DNA of 63,988 nucleotides, filler included, from Diploschistes diacapsis (taxonomy: Eukaryota), in NCBI GenBank assembly GCA_023645945.1. It is 9 parts of 9 records of this genome, joined end to end, with 100 filler letters (N's around TTAATTAATTAA, not from the genome) between each part and the next. Parts side by side here need not be neighbours in the genome. Positions count along the whole stretch, not along the records: positions 36,128 to 43,207 come from JALAIB010001317.1; positions 43,308 to 50,387 come from JALAIB010001318.1; positions 50,488 to 57,563 come from JALAIB010001319.1; 6 more parts are not named here. One strand, written 5' to 3'. Below the pieces are notes generated by a model that was not told where the DNA came from, searched no databases, and saw only the letters and a program-made list of their open reading frames with translations. A program made the translations under genes and the position numbers. How positions within the stretch are numbered: the first letter of the stretch is position 1; each line of letters opens with the position of its first letter. Positions 41,194-52,876 of this stretch are shown one piece after another.

Positions 41194-42505
41194 ATGTTAA
41201 TTGGCATTTGCGGAGGTTTGTTATACCCAGAAGCCAACTTCTACTGTGCACCAGTGATCTCATTACAGCAACCATCTCAAAGCTATCTGCTCCGGCAAGA
41301 GCACAGTAGCAGGCTATTTAAGGAAGAAGCACGGCTTCAGCCAACTGTACCTCAATGGTCCTGCGCTGGGAGAGCACCCTAAACAGGGCTGCAAAGCCAA
41401 TTGTTTCTCATCAGCCGAAGACCTGCTAGATTATGTCACAAAAAGATGGCAGAAGAATTGGGTACTCGACAATATCGCGGACGAACGGACTCTTGATGCC
41501 TTGTCCCGCAGACCATTCTTCCTCCTCTTATCCGTTGATGCGCCCGTCGGACTGCGTTATCACCGCTCCCAGGAAAGGTTTGAATGTCTGAAGCTGGAAC
41601 CATTGGGAATCCATCTAAATGCTACCCAGATGTCGGTCTCATAAAGAGCAACTTCCAAACTTGGCTGACTTTATTCGTCAAAGCGATGATTACCTCTTCG
41701 ACCCGTCGAAGGGGCTGATACGGCTGATGAACCAAGCGGAGGTGAAATTGATCAACTCTACTTCATCCTCAGCAGGATTGTACGACGCTCTGGATGCACT
41801 GGATTTGCTCGATGAGGAACGTTTGAGACCGAGCTGGGATCAGTATTTCATGCAACTGGCATCGCTAGCGGCGCGCCGAAGCAACTGCATGAAGCGTCGA
41901 GTAGGTTGCGTTCTGGTCCGCGAAAAACGGGTTATCAGCACCGGTTATAATGGCACGCCCCGCAACCTTCAAAACTGTAACGACGGCGGATGTTCGTTTA
42001 TAGCCAACACACAGCCCTATTCGCTGCTAATTGATACTTGAAGGCACGCGATGCAACCAAGGTCAAGGGGCTGGTGTTGGTCTGTCAACCTGTTTGTGTC
42101 TTCATGCTGAAGAAAACGCTCTTCTCGAGGCAGGAAGGGAAAGAATAAGAGAGGGCACTATACTCTATTGCGACACGTAGGTTAAAATATTCCATCAGTT
42201 GTCTAGCTAATATAGGGTATAGGTGTCCTTGTCTGACCTGCAGCATCAAGATCGCACAAGTTGGAATTTCAGAAGTTGTATACTCAGAGGGCTATAGCAT
42301 GGATCGAGACGTAAGACAACCACTGCAGAACGAACGTGTTTTAATAAGTTCCGCAGACTGCGAGTATCCTTCGGGAAGGGAACGTAGAGCTGCGACAGTA
42401 TTCTCCTGTAGGTATACGCTTCTCTGAAACCCTATCATTACTTATAGCTAGCAGCCTCGAAGAGGACCAGTTTACGTCGATGAAGAACTAGTAATAGGTC
42501 GGTGA
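41194..42505 (+). CDS. DCD1: dCMP deaminase, multi-exon
   Basis: MLIGICG|..ICSGK, RPSWDQYFMQLASLAARRSNCMKRRVG, STGYNGTP, CLCLHAEENALLEAG and CPCLTC (Zn ligands). Confidence 0.94.
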
Positions 42506-42857
42506 CCTGCTATCTTCTAGAGAACTCGACAAAAGTTTCAGTTTGCGCCACCATCCGCGCTGCCATCCTCCGCCCTCAAAGTGCCCAAAGTGTCCGTTTC
42601 CAGGTTATTCGGCTCCCATGAATACGAATGCTCGCCAGTGGTCTACCTGCAATGTACATATTGAGAAGGATAAGCCATCTTATTTGGCTTGAAGGGCGGA
42701 ACTTTGAACGCGCCGTAAAAACGTCGTCGCTTTTTAAAAACGATAATTAAGAGAAGAAAAATGATAGATTCGATTTGAATCGATTATATTAGGCCTACGA
42801 TGGGTAGGTTATATTTAATATCATGTGTCGCCAGACATATGATGTCGCCCTCCAAGT

Positions 42858-43207
42858 TAGGCTGACCGTTTCGTGCCACGGACACTGACACGGACACTAC
42901 ACTACAGTAAAAGCACGAATACGGACACTATAGTTAAGATTTTTAAAACACGGACACTAACACGGACACTAACACGGACACTAACACGGACATTATAATA
43001 CAATAAAAGCACTGACACGGACATTATAACTAAAAATTTTAAAACACGGATATTAACACGGATATTATAATATACTAAAAGCACGGACATGGACACTATA
43101 ATTAAGATTTTTAAAACACGGATACTAACATGGACATTATTATACAATAAAAGTATTAATACGGATATTATAATATAATAAAAATACTAATACGAATATT
43201 ATAATAT
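42858..43207. mobile_element. Second copy (left end) of the TAGGCTGGCCGT element, truncated by the contig end
   Basis: TAGGCTGACCGTTTCGTGCCACGGACACTGACACGGACACTAC followed by ACACGG arrays that become progressively AT-rich. Confidence 0.85.
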
Positions 43208-43389
43208 NNNNNNNNNNNNNNNNNNNNNNNNNNNNNNNNNNNNNNNNNNNNTTAATTAATTAANNNNNNNNNNNNNNNNNNNNNNNNNNNNNNNNNNNNN
43301 NNNNNNNGGGGGGGGGGTTGGTTCTATCACGTCACGCAATTTCAGAAGATTTGCACAAGCCCATGCGGTACGTAGCGAAAGGGACTTAC

Positions 43390-44095
43390 GCGGATCTGTA
43401 AACCAAATATCTCCGTTCGGATGGACGAATAGATCGTCTATAGTGTTAAAGTAGAAACCGAAGTAGTTGTTCAGCATATACTCCGTTTTATTCGTCCCCG
43501 GATCCAGCTTTACAAGCCCGGGGCGATGCTCCATGCCGCCAACGCTGTCATTACCTCCAGAAGCGCCAAAGATGATTGATCCGTTGTGGAAGGTACCTCC
43601 GTTCGGGGCGTAGATTGGCGGGTCTGGAAGATATTCAGAGAGCGTTGGCGGCTCTTCGTTCAAATCCACCACGAGCTGAGGTAGGAAGCCCAACGGTGGT
43701 GCTAATTGTGAGAAGTAGAGCTTGTTCTGCGAAGGGACATATACAGGTGCCTCGTGCACTGCACCTGAAACGGCAAACACATATTCGTAGCTCGGGTTTG
43801 GACCGAGAAGTTCCAGACCTCTTTGCTGGTCGAATACCAGGAAGTCCGCGGTGCCGACCTGGGTGAATGACGTATCATTAGGAACAGAGGTTGTACCAAA
43901 GGGGCGAGTGTTTTCGTTCGGACCATCGGTCTGGCGAAAGAAATGGTAGGGCATCACGGAGGCATATCTATTGATGCAGACAACTCTGGACGAGGAAGCA
44001 TTGCAAGGCTGCGCGAGGGGGGAGATAGTGCCAATTTGAGCGGAAACTACAGAGACACCACCCAATGCAGTCAAGAACAGATACTGGGTCTTCAT
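43390..44095 (-). CDS. Secreted SMP-30/gluconolactonase-family (lactonohydrolase-like) protein, first exon only
   Basis: Signal peptide, HEAPVYVP, NGGT, LNNYFGFYFNTIDDL...GDIWFTDP, then a GTAAGT donor at 43389. The 3' part is lost at the contig end. Confidence 0.85.
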
Positions 44096-45032
44096 CTTTC
44101 AGAGAGAATGCTCGACAATAGAGCGCGAAAATGCACTCCGATAAAGGAAACAGCCCAGTTATACTACCTTTATACTACCTTTACTTCCACTCACGCGGTA
44201 TGGCCTCTGAAGCTGGTTCATGCTAACGGCATATTGTTCACTACCAAGCGGGAAAGCGTAGCTCCAGCGTGCTGGTTCCAAGAGTTTATCTGTTGGGTTC
44301 AAGGAAATAATGGCACTGGAATGTTGAGCGATATGCATAGCTTGAGGTCGCAGCGGTGAAGATTGGGAAAGCTCTCGATGACAAGCTGCTGAAAATGTGG
44401 TGTGGGGAAATACTACTCCTTGGCGAGAGCAATACGGTACAGGCTCATAGTACAGTACCGTACAAAAGGTTGGAGTAATATGTAGCTTACCCCGATCCAG
44501 TTCAGACGGAACTTGCCCTTTTACTAGTACCTTCACCAAAAGGTGATGAGATTTATTACATTACTCAGGAAGGTCAAACTAACGTTAACCGTTGACGGTA
44601 TTATGATAATCATTGTGCAACTAGCATCCAAAGCTGTAGCCAAGCTTTGCTTAGCCAAAAGAGCCCCAATCCTATTGCCTAGCGACTCCTTCGCCCATGT
44701 GGGCATACCGGGGATAGTTCCCGTTCTAACGCCTGAATGCCAATAGAGTCCCGCCGGTATCCATTCCCAATCCTGCATATATGATGGGCAGGCTGTACAG
44801 TCAAGAGGTAGTGCTAGGAATAGAATCGGGCCTCGTAGCAAACTCACGGACACTAATGAACCAGGGTATGTGGAGAAACCTGCGTCCAATTGAATTTCCC
44901 AGGAGTGAACGACGAGGAAGGGGTTACTGAACGTTAATCCAACCTTCTTCAACGCCAAATAGGCTGGAAGCCGAAGGCGATTGTGGGTATCGTTGGCTGC
45001 TCCATCGATCTCAATATCGGACCGGCACTCCT

Positions 45033-45624
45033 TTAGTCTCGTTTCCAGGGTTTGCTTCCAGCATTCTGATCTTCGCCCAGTCCCTCTTCATCCACGCTTG
45101 TTGTTCTCTGCAAGAAGCTTCCTTCTTTCACTGGGCTAGAGCCTTGAGCACCGGCATTAGGGGCAGCCAGGTTTCCATTAGGGGGTGCGCCATTGTTGCC
45201 GCCGGATTGCGGACCTGGCGAGCTCAGGTGTGGGATATTCTCTGGCAGCGGGTGCTGTGAGCCAATGCTTGTAACGCCGGCATCCGAGGCCTTTCCTGCT
45301 TTGGAGAGTGCGTAGTCGCCAGAATCGAAGTATTTGCGCTCCTTAATACAAGCGGAATCTATTAGCAATGCTACTATATTGGGGAGTAGAAAGATCAAAG
45401 CAAGACCAAAGAAGACTGAATCCTATGCTTATTTGGCTTAACATACTTTGAGCTTGTTCTGAAGGAGATCGCCTCTGTTAGGAACTTTGCCATAGAGTCG
45501 GAAGATTTTCAGCTCTTCTTCAGAGAGTTTCTGATAAGAATATCAGGTTCCAGAAAAGTCATTGATAGAGGTAGGGTCGGCAACTCACACTGATGTCTAT
45601 CTTGTTTTTCTGGTGAGGATTCAT
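45033..45624 (-). CDS. IGO1: Endosulfine / cAMP-regulated phosphoprotein (Igo1/ENSA family), three exons
   Basis: MNPHQKNKIDIS|KLSEEELKIFRLYGKVP...LQNKLK|ERKYFDSGDYALSKAG; FDSGDY is the Greatwall/Rim15 site. Confidence 0.93.
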
Positions 45625-45999
45625 ATTGCTATCAATTGAGCGCTTTCGCAGCTAGGAGCGGAGAGTGGTGGAGAAGCGAGCAAAAAGCCGTAGGAGTCGC
45701 AAGATTGGCGTGCAGAGCTTTAGCAGGAGGAGGTAGAGTTCAATTCGGGTCTTGTGAAGGGGGGTGAAGCGGTAATCAATGCCGATTCTGGGAAGTAGAG
45801 TTTGAGTTTAAGGTCAAGAAGGGGTGGTGTCTTGGTGTGGCTCAAATAGAGGGGCAAACTGTTTTTGTTTTGATTCGCCCCGCCGACGCCACAGTTGCCC
45901 TTCCCCCCTTGCCCCCTTCAAACTTCAAAGTTCCCCGCCGAAGCCGTCATTCACGCTATGCTCCTTTTGTTCCGCAGAGTCTGGGATATTATTATTAAG

Positions 46000-47812
46000 C
46001 ACAAGTATGTGTTGTGTGGTGGACAGTGAGTGCATCATCTCCATCGGAGATAGCAACGGTGCTTCGGGGAAGATTTCCATGCACTTTTCTCGTTTTAGAG
46101 GGAAATGGAATAAGTCAACTTCAGCTAAACATGTTCAGTGAGGCCTCGGCAACCCTAACAGTGCTGGCAATGAAATCAAGCGCAGTCTCTCAACGCAAAG
46201 GCGCTAGGAAACTGTCGTGAGTCAAAGTGACCTTGGTAGAAGTAATACTAAGTTGGTATATAGAGGCCTCCATCCGCTGTTGGCTTATCGTCCGTCATCA
46301 AGAGCCAGGCCACTCCAGTTGAAAGCTCCTAGTTTTCTAGTGAATATGGGCTGCACCCACTTCCCTTATCCGAGTTAAATGAATCTCCAGCGTACGACGG
46401 GTTTAATAACTTCAAAAAACACATCAAAAACAGTCCTGAAGCGCAAGATCATACGAGGTAGTCAACCTCAAACCTCTTACTTGCAGTGTCCGAGGACTAC
46501 CTAAGCATTTGAAACCAGATTCGAAACCAAGGCCACAGGAGTAATTTATCGTTTACTTAGTCTTGTAGGGAGCTGCAGTTGAAACCGATGGAATGGCGTG
46601 ACTACAAATCAAACCTAAGCAATTTCTCTGCTGGATCGTACGCTCAAGGACGGTACACGAGGATGCCGCCCAGCCCATCCTATATTCGGAAAATGTCCGA
46701 GGTCTGCTTAGAAGCCAGCATGCAGACAGCGATAGGGAAGGTATGCGAAGAGGTCGGACAATCGGACGGGGACGTCGAGGGCCCGACATGCAGCATCCCA
46801 TTGGATAAGAACTTATTAGGACGTGCCGGAGCCGAGATGAATACGGGAAATGACTGGCTGACTGACGAGACAAGTTTGTGTCGGCTGAGTGAGGACAGAG
46901 TCGATTATGCCAGCGGCAAGCGAAGGAAAGCTGAAGAGCTGATGCTCATGAAGCGCTCCACAGTGCTCATCCTCCCGCTGCCGCCTTGACTGCGTGGCCA
47001 GCGCTCGATAGACAATCACGTATTTGGCACCATTACAAGTACCGCATTGGCTCTGCCTCTCTTATTGTCTTTGTGTTCCTATTTGCAGTCCTGTTTAGCG
47101 CGTCTATAAGTACCTACGTGGATCGATGATACCTACTTATACTTCGAGTGAGAGATAACTAGCAGTCTGTTCCAGCCCCAACTCAAGCTAGATTACGGCT
47201 GGAATTGGCTGGAGCTTCTCAGCGGCACACAACCTCGAGCATCATGGATGAATGCTACAGCCCACTACAGGCCCGAGTTGCGGTGGACATGCTAAGCATT
47301 AGCGCCAAATGCTAGTGGGCGATCCTTGAAGCGCCGAGAGCTCTCACTATGGCCAATCAAGAATACACTTTTAGAGATGATGCTAATAGTTGAATCACAC
47401 ACTACACATGGTACCTGGCCTTGTCAGGCCTGTCAAGGTTGCGTCTCGGGCTTTGGACCCGGCGCTGGGGTTTTGTCTCCCTCTTGTCCGCGCCTAAAAG
47501 TTTTGACCACATGCCGCTCTTTCTTTCTGCACCTCACATCAGGTGCCCCCCCACTTCTTTAATCGCGCACCAACAGTTGATTTTCTATGCTGTTGCAGTC
47601 CCATATTCTGCTCCGAGCTCTGCCAACATGCCTTTGAAATGCACATTGACCTTATCGTTGGCTTGGCCCGGTCTATTAATCACTTGGAACAACAACATCG
47701 TGGGTGGCCGGCCCTACAGAGGTGAGGCCATGCAATCCGTGTCAATATTTGAGCTTCCCAAGGCTAGCAGAATCCTCGAATGTTGGTAAATGCGACATTA
47801 GTGGACAAATCA
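46000..47812 (+). ncRNA. TER: Probable telomerase RNA (ends approximate)
   Basis: Template AACCCTAAC at 46151-46159. Nested long-range helices 46007-46018/47396-47409 and 46032-46041/47374-47383 (perfect 10 bp). Stem abutting the template 46061-46069/46144-46150. Three-way junction at 47576-47650. No credible protein ORF. Confidence 0.78.
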
Positions 47813-49379
47813 GTAAGTCGAACACCCAATCGGCGTCTATTACTTCATGCAAACTTCGTGACGCGAGCGACCGAAGTGAAGCGTGATTTGGGGGCGGAAG
47901 GAGACTGGATATGCCTCGGCACCCCATCAAAGACTATTGCAACAGTTGTGATGGATTCCTGTTTCTCCACTCTCGATTCCCATGGATTCCATGATCTTCG
48001 AATCCTCGATCCCGAGGGCCTTGCTCTTCGTCTAATATTCTCGATGCTTCGACTACCAAAGTGATCTGTGCCCCCGCCAGTTAGTAGCCTCCTACAGGAT
48101 TCATCATGTCGAATTCCAAACCTTGTAACTCATTATCGAGGGTTTTCTGAAACATTTCTTTCTTCCTTCGAATAAGGACGGATGCTTCGGCCAACTTGGA
48201 CTGCGCAGCTGTTTCGCTCCCGGATTCTAGTTCATTGCCTCCGATAATGGCGACGCCCCACCGCCTTCAACAGGGCTTATCAATCCACAGGTCCAATGAA
48301 GTCGACTCGTCCCACCCACTCCGTACCAGCGCAGACTTGTGCAGCTGATCCAAGCTCGCTTGACAGCCGACAGTGAAAGAAAATGGATGGCCACTTAGGC
48401 TTTGCTTGGCGTCAAATGCGGAGTATCTTTTCAGATGCCCATGCCATGCCCAAAGTAGCCGCTGTTGCCCCCCCCCCCAATTTGCAGCTGCGCACACCCC
48501 CTTTGTACTCATATCATTTCTGCCCTCCTGACTCTGTGTGAGACTCCACAGAACTATTGCCGTTTTCGAGTGCAAAGTTGGTATATGTAGGCTCCGGATG
48601 TGTTCTGGCCATTTATAACTGGAACGCTGGAAAACAAACCGGGCACTCCCAGGTTGCGCGAAAGTCAAAAAAGTCGAAGCGCTACCTTACGGAGCGGGGT
48701 TTAGCGGGCTGGCGAAAGCTGCCAGTGGGCAGAGTTGAAAAGCGAGTGGCTTCACTTAGTATGGCATCAACCAATTATGGCACTTTTGGGCCGATCTTTC
48801 AAGCACCTCATCATTCTGGTCAGCTTCGTATCAAAACCTCGCGCTAGCTTTGGGCCTGGAATCAAATTGGCTTTCGTTAAGCGTAATTGTGTCTGCTGCC
48901 GCCTAAAGTTCAGCAAATGACTGGGCTAGATGGCTTCCTGTGGCGATCTGGCCGTAAAAAAACAACAGAGCGGGGAAAATCAAAGTTCCTTCATGGGTTT
49001 CGCGGCAATTGCGTAAACCCCCCCCCCCCTTCCCCTCCTCGCCTGCTGCTGCCCAGCTGGTTATGAGCAGATGGCGGGGCGCGCATATTATGCGAGCTTC
49101 TATCCTTTTCTCTTTTATTGTTATCATTGTTATATTTATTATTAATAACGCCTCGTATTCACCAAGTGGTCTCAACCTTATCGTTTTTGGTGGCTTGCTG
49201 AGTTGAATGGGGACCGTGGATATTTCCAGCCAGGTCCGTAAGATTCAGTCTGCGGCTTTCGATTAAATTAGCGAGAGTGGAAACTGTGTGTCGCTGGGAG
49301 GGCCGGGCGTTGATAGTTATGATGAGAAGGACAAGATTCGATATGCCTTATAAACTATTGCTGTGGAACTCGCGTGGAG

Positions 49380-49433
49380 TAACGAATAACGAATAACGAA
49401 TAACGAATAATGAATAATGAATAATGAATAATG
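49380..49433. repeat. Heptamer tandem repeat (TAACGAA/TAATGAA)
   Basis: Directly visible, about 7.5 units. Confidence 0.9.
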
Positions 49434-49631
49434 AAAGCCCCAAGTACACTATATCCGACGCTAGGGCGCTCCCTCTTCCACACAAGCGGCAAAGTGCGAG
49501 GGCTGCGGCCCACCATCATCCATCATCCCACCTCGTCCCACCTCGTCCCACCTCATCCATCCATCATCCACTGTCCAACCCCCCCAGCGGTTCTCAGCTC
49601 GCCTTTCTCCCTCGGCTATTGGTCTGTCTTG

Positions 49632-49690
49632 GCCCTTGGCCCTTTTGCCCTTTGCCCTTTGCCCTTTGCCCTGTGCCCTGTGCCCTGTGC
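49632..49690. repeat. Heptamer tandem repeat (TGCCCTT/TGCCCTG)
   Basis: Directly visible, about 8 units. Confidence 0.85.
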
Positions 49691-50500
49691 CGGCATGTGG
49701 AGAGAGGGTGGGGATAATAATAATCCGTAATCCTCACACCTTTTTTTGCTCTACAACAGAACTTCAGTAGATGGCTGGTTTAGCCGCATTATTGTTTAGC
49801 CCCCAATTTTACTCTTTTTTTTGTTTTCATAGACCGTTCCATCGATACAACGGCGATGAATGAATCGACTCTCCATCGAGCGACCGCCAGACCCGGCTGG
49901 TTGGATCTTGGCTGCCTTAATGGCTCCGTAACTGGAGCATGGAACTCGGGAAGCCGCGCCTTATTCTGTACAGAACCCGGCTAGGTAGTTACCAATTACC
50001 ACCAGGATGCAAGGCTTGGGCACAGCACATCGAAGCCTAAGCCTGAGAACTTCTTTTGCAAGCTTCCTCTTTAACTCTGGCATGGGGCGCGCTGGCTCTT
50101 TAGCGCGCATCGTCCACCTACCAGGCCTGTAGTTCTGCCGTCAATTCCCACCAGAAAGAACGAGGAAATTGTAGGTTCAACTGGAAACCGGCACACTCCT
50201 CTGCTGCTGCTAGCTAGACCATGGACCATAGACCATAGACTATCTACTTTCCCCATCTGTCTACCCGCCTGCCAATACTACATCCAATAATCGATAATCC
50301 ATTCAGTCTCCGTTCTCTCTCTCTCGCTCTACTTCACCGAACCATTCAGCTGCTAGGGCCACCCTCGTGCTGCCCACCCATACACGTNNNNNNNNNNNNN
50401 NNNNNNNNNNNNNNNNNNNNNNNNNNNNNNNTTAATTAATTAANNNNNNNNNNNNNNNNNNNNNNNNNNNNNNNNNNNNNNNNNNNNGACAGTATTTACA

Positions 50501-51223
50501 ATGCCCCCCCTCCCTCCAAACCACATCTACCAATTCTCCCTCCTCTCCGCTCTCATGTCCGGTGCCTCCACGACCGGCATTCCAGCCTCAGACCTCTTCC
50601 CCTACACCCAAGGGCTCGGCACCTTCGCCCTAATGGACGGCGAACTGATCCTCCTCGACGGCACCGTCTACCAGCTGCAATCCAGCGGCACCGTGCGCAC
50701 CGCCTCCGCCTCCGACCAAATCCCCTTCGCCATGGCCACCACCCTGCAACCGTCCCACGTGTTCACCGCCTCGCTGCACAGCAAAGACGTCCTCCACCAA
50801 GAACTCGGCCGGGTCTTCCCGGGCATGAACAACCTGTTCGTCGCGTACCGCGTCGAAGCACCCCGGCCGACGGGCTGGAAGAGGCTGAAGGTCAGGACCG
50901 TGTCGGGGCAGAAATATCCGGGCCAGCCGCTGTCCGAGCTGGGGGAGTCGCAGAAGGTGCTGGAATACCGCGACGTGAGGGGGACGGTAGTTGGGTTCAG
51001 GAGCCCGGCGAACTGGCAAGGGATTGGTGTGGCGGGGGAGCATTTGCATTTTATTAGCGAGGATAGGGGGTTTGGGGGGCATGTGCTTGAGATGGAGGTT
51101 GATGGGGCGGAGGTGCAGGCGGCGCTGGTGGCGGATCTGCATGTCCAGCTGCCGCGGACGGAAGAGTTTAATGAGGCAAAGCTGACTGTTGATGATGGAG
51201 GGATTAGGAAGGTTGAAGGGTGA
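50501..51223 (+). CDS. Alpha-acetolactate decarboxylase, intronless
   Basis: IYQFSLLSALMSG, GLGTF..MDGELI, VRTV, GTVVGFRSP, GIGVAGEHLHFISEDRGFGGHV (HxH...H Zn site of the ALDC/BudA family). Confidence 0.92.
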   Translation: MPPLPPNHIYQFSLLSALMSGASTTGIPASDLFPYTQGLGTFALMDGELILLDGTVYQLQSSGTVRTASASDQIPFAMATTLQPSHVFTASLHSKDVLHQELGRVFPGMNNLFVAYRVEAPRPTGWKRLKVRTVSGQKYPGQPLSELGESQKVLEYRDVRGTVVGFRSPANWQGIGVAGEHLHFISEDRGFGGHVLEMEVDGAEVQAALVADLHVQLPRTEEFNEAKLTVDDGGIRKVEG

Positions 51224-51421
51224 GATGGTTGGTGAGGAGTGGAAATGCGAGAGCTAGCGGTCGGAAGGATAATTGAAAAGACAGTGTTAACGCCGAGGCT
51301 TCATGAGATACCCCGGATGAGGTTTGTTGCTAGGTAAAAGAAAACGACATTTCGCTAATGGATCAGACCGTGATAGACCCCATATCCTTACAGATGATGC
51401 GCCAATGGTTTTTCCATGCCC

Positions 51422-52876
51422 CTACTTCTGGTGTAGCTTCTTGATCCTGCTCGTCCCCTCGTACACTCCCCTATCCACAGCCGCCGCGACGGTAAGAGTA
51501 CCTCCGATGACGGCACAAATACCGGTGAAGAAGCCGATCAATGACTTGGCGCGCTCCTCTCGGTTGACGACCTTCATCGGCGAAATATCCTGTAGACTGG
51601 TTTAGAAGAAGATGGGGAGAGGGCGGGGGAATCTGGCTTACATAAGAGAAGAAAACGCCAGGGATACCGCCACGAGCGTGCACACGCTCCTTATGGCCCT
51701 CTTTGGCATCATTGCCACCGCTGAGACTTCGCTTGTGGCTTGTGACGGAGTACTGGTGAGTTTCGAGACTGCCATCGCTGTTCACGCCGTGGGAGCCTAG
51801 GGGAGAAGTATCGGTATAGGTATCCATGAGAGTCTTCTTCGCTCCGAGAGGCAGATACGACGTTGAGACAACCTTTACGAAATACATGAAATTGTACGCT
51901 GGTTCATCCGTTGCTTGTTCAGTGTTATCGAGGGGGTTGAGATGGTGGTTCGTCCAAGCCAACTGAGAGCCTATGTTTTGGCTGAGCTCCGAGGGCACCT
52001 GCGGACCAAAGCGTAACTGGTGGATCTTGTGCGTGAACGTGTGCTTGCTCTCGATAGGCGTCTCGTAGTAGTTGTTGAGATCATGAACGTGCATATTGCC
52101 GTTACTGAAGCTCCGACCTGGCGCGATGTGGAAGTTTCCGACAACCTTGTTGACTCGCAGATTACCCTCAATGCGGCATCCCTCGTGGCGCTGGGAATCC
52201 AGTCGTTCCCCGTAGTGTTCCCTTTCGCATTGCTCAACTCCCTCGCCCCGACCAAAGGCCCATCCCATTCCAGCATAAGCTTCGCGTACCTCGTCGCAAG
52301 TGTTGCAGCAGCCAGGCTGCAGTGCACTTTCAGGAGAGTTTGCGCCGAAGCATTCACCGCAGTAATCTGGTGATAGGTGCGATGCTATTTCATCCGCCGA
52401 GTGCCTGGACTTGTTATTATGGCTTACTAGATTGGCTTAATGATACCTACAAGTCTATTGCCTGCACATCGATGACTCGCCCTCCTTGTTTCTCCGGCAT
52501 AAGACGGACTTTGCTGACGCCGTGCTCCACTCCAACTTGTTGCTCCCCCGACACGTCCATAACATCAAGGGTAAGCAGTTCGCAAGGTATTCGAGGAAAC
52601 GTGATATTCAGGTGGATTTCCATTCTCTCTCCTATGCGATTGAGTCAGCAGTGCCTTGGATAGTTCCTAGCGCAGAAGCATACCTCGTCCCTTATCAACG
52701 ATGAGCTCCGGTCTAACAAGGACCCGCCGGTAATCTACCCATTCTCCCCAAACAAGATACATTACGATAAGTAGCGAAACTATTGTGACAATGCCGCCGG
52801 AAGTGGTGCGAATCCGGGCATCTTCGACCGTCTTGGTGAAGGCGTCCAGACGGACAAACCTGCTCTTGGCTGGCAT
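51422..52876 (-). CDS. ERV46: COPII vesicle protein Erv46 (ERGIC3 family), multi-exon
   Basis: RLDAFTKTVEDARIRTTSGG, YCGECFG...CCNTCDEVREAY, EGCRIEGNLRVNKVVGNFHIAPG, GGIPGVFFSY, ICAVIGGTLTVA; ends KKLHQK*. Confidence 0.96.

Noticed and set aside
46553..48064. Small ORFs (for example 46579-46989 and 47421-47789) as protein genes
   Set aside because: No domain similarity, mostly non-ATG starts, and they overlap elements better explained as RNA structure.
36795..51223. Secondary-metabolite cluster (enoyl reductase, lactonase, decarboxylase)
   Set aside because: Genes are on three different contigs, the reductase is broken, and no PKS, NRPS or terpene synthase is present.
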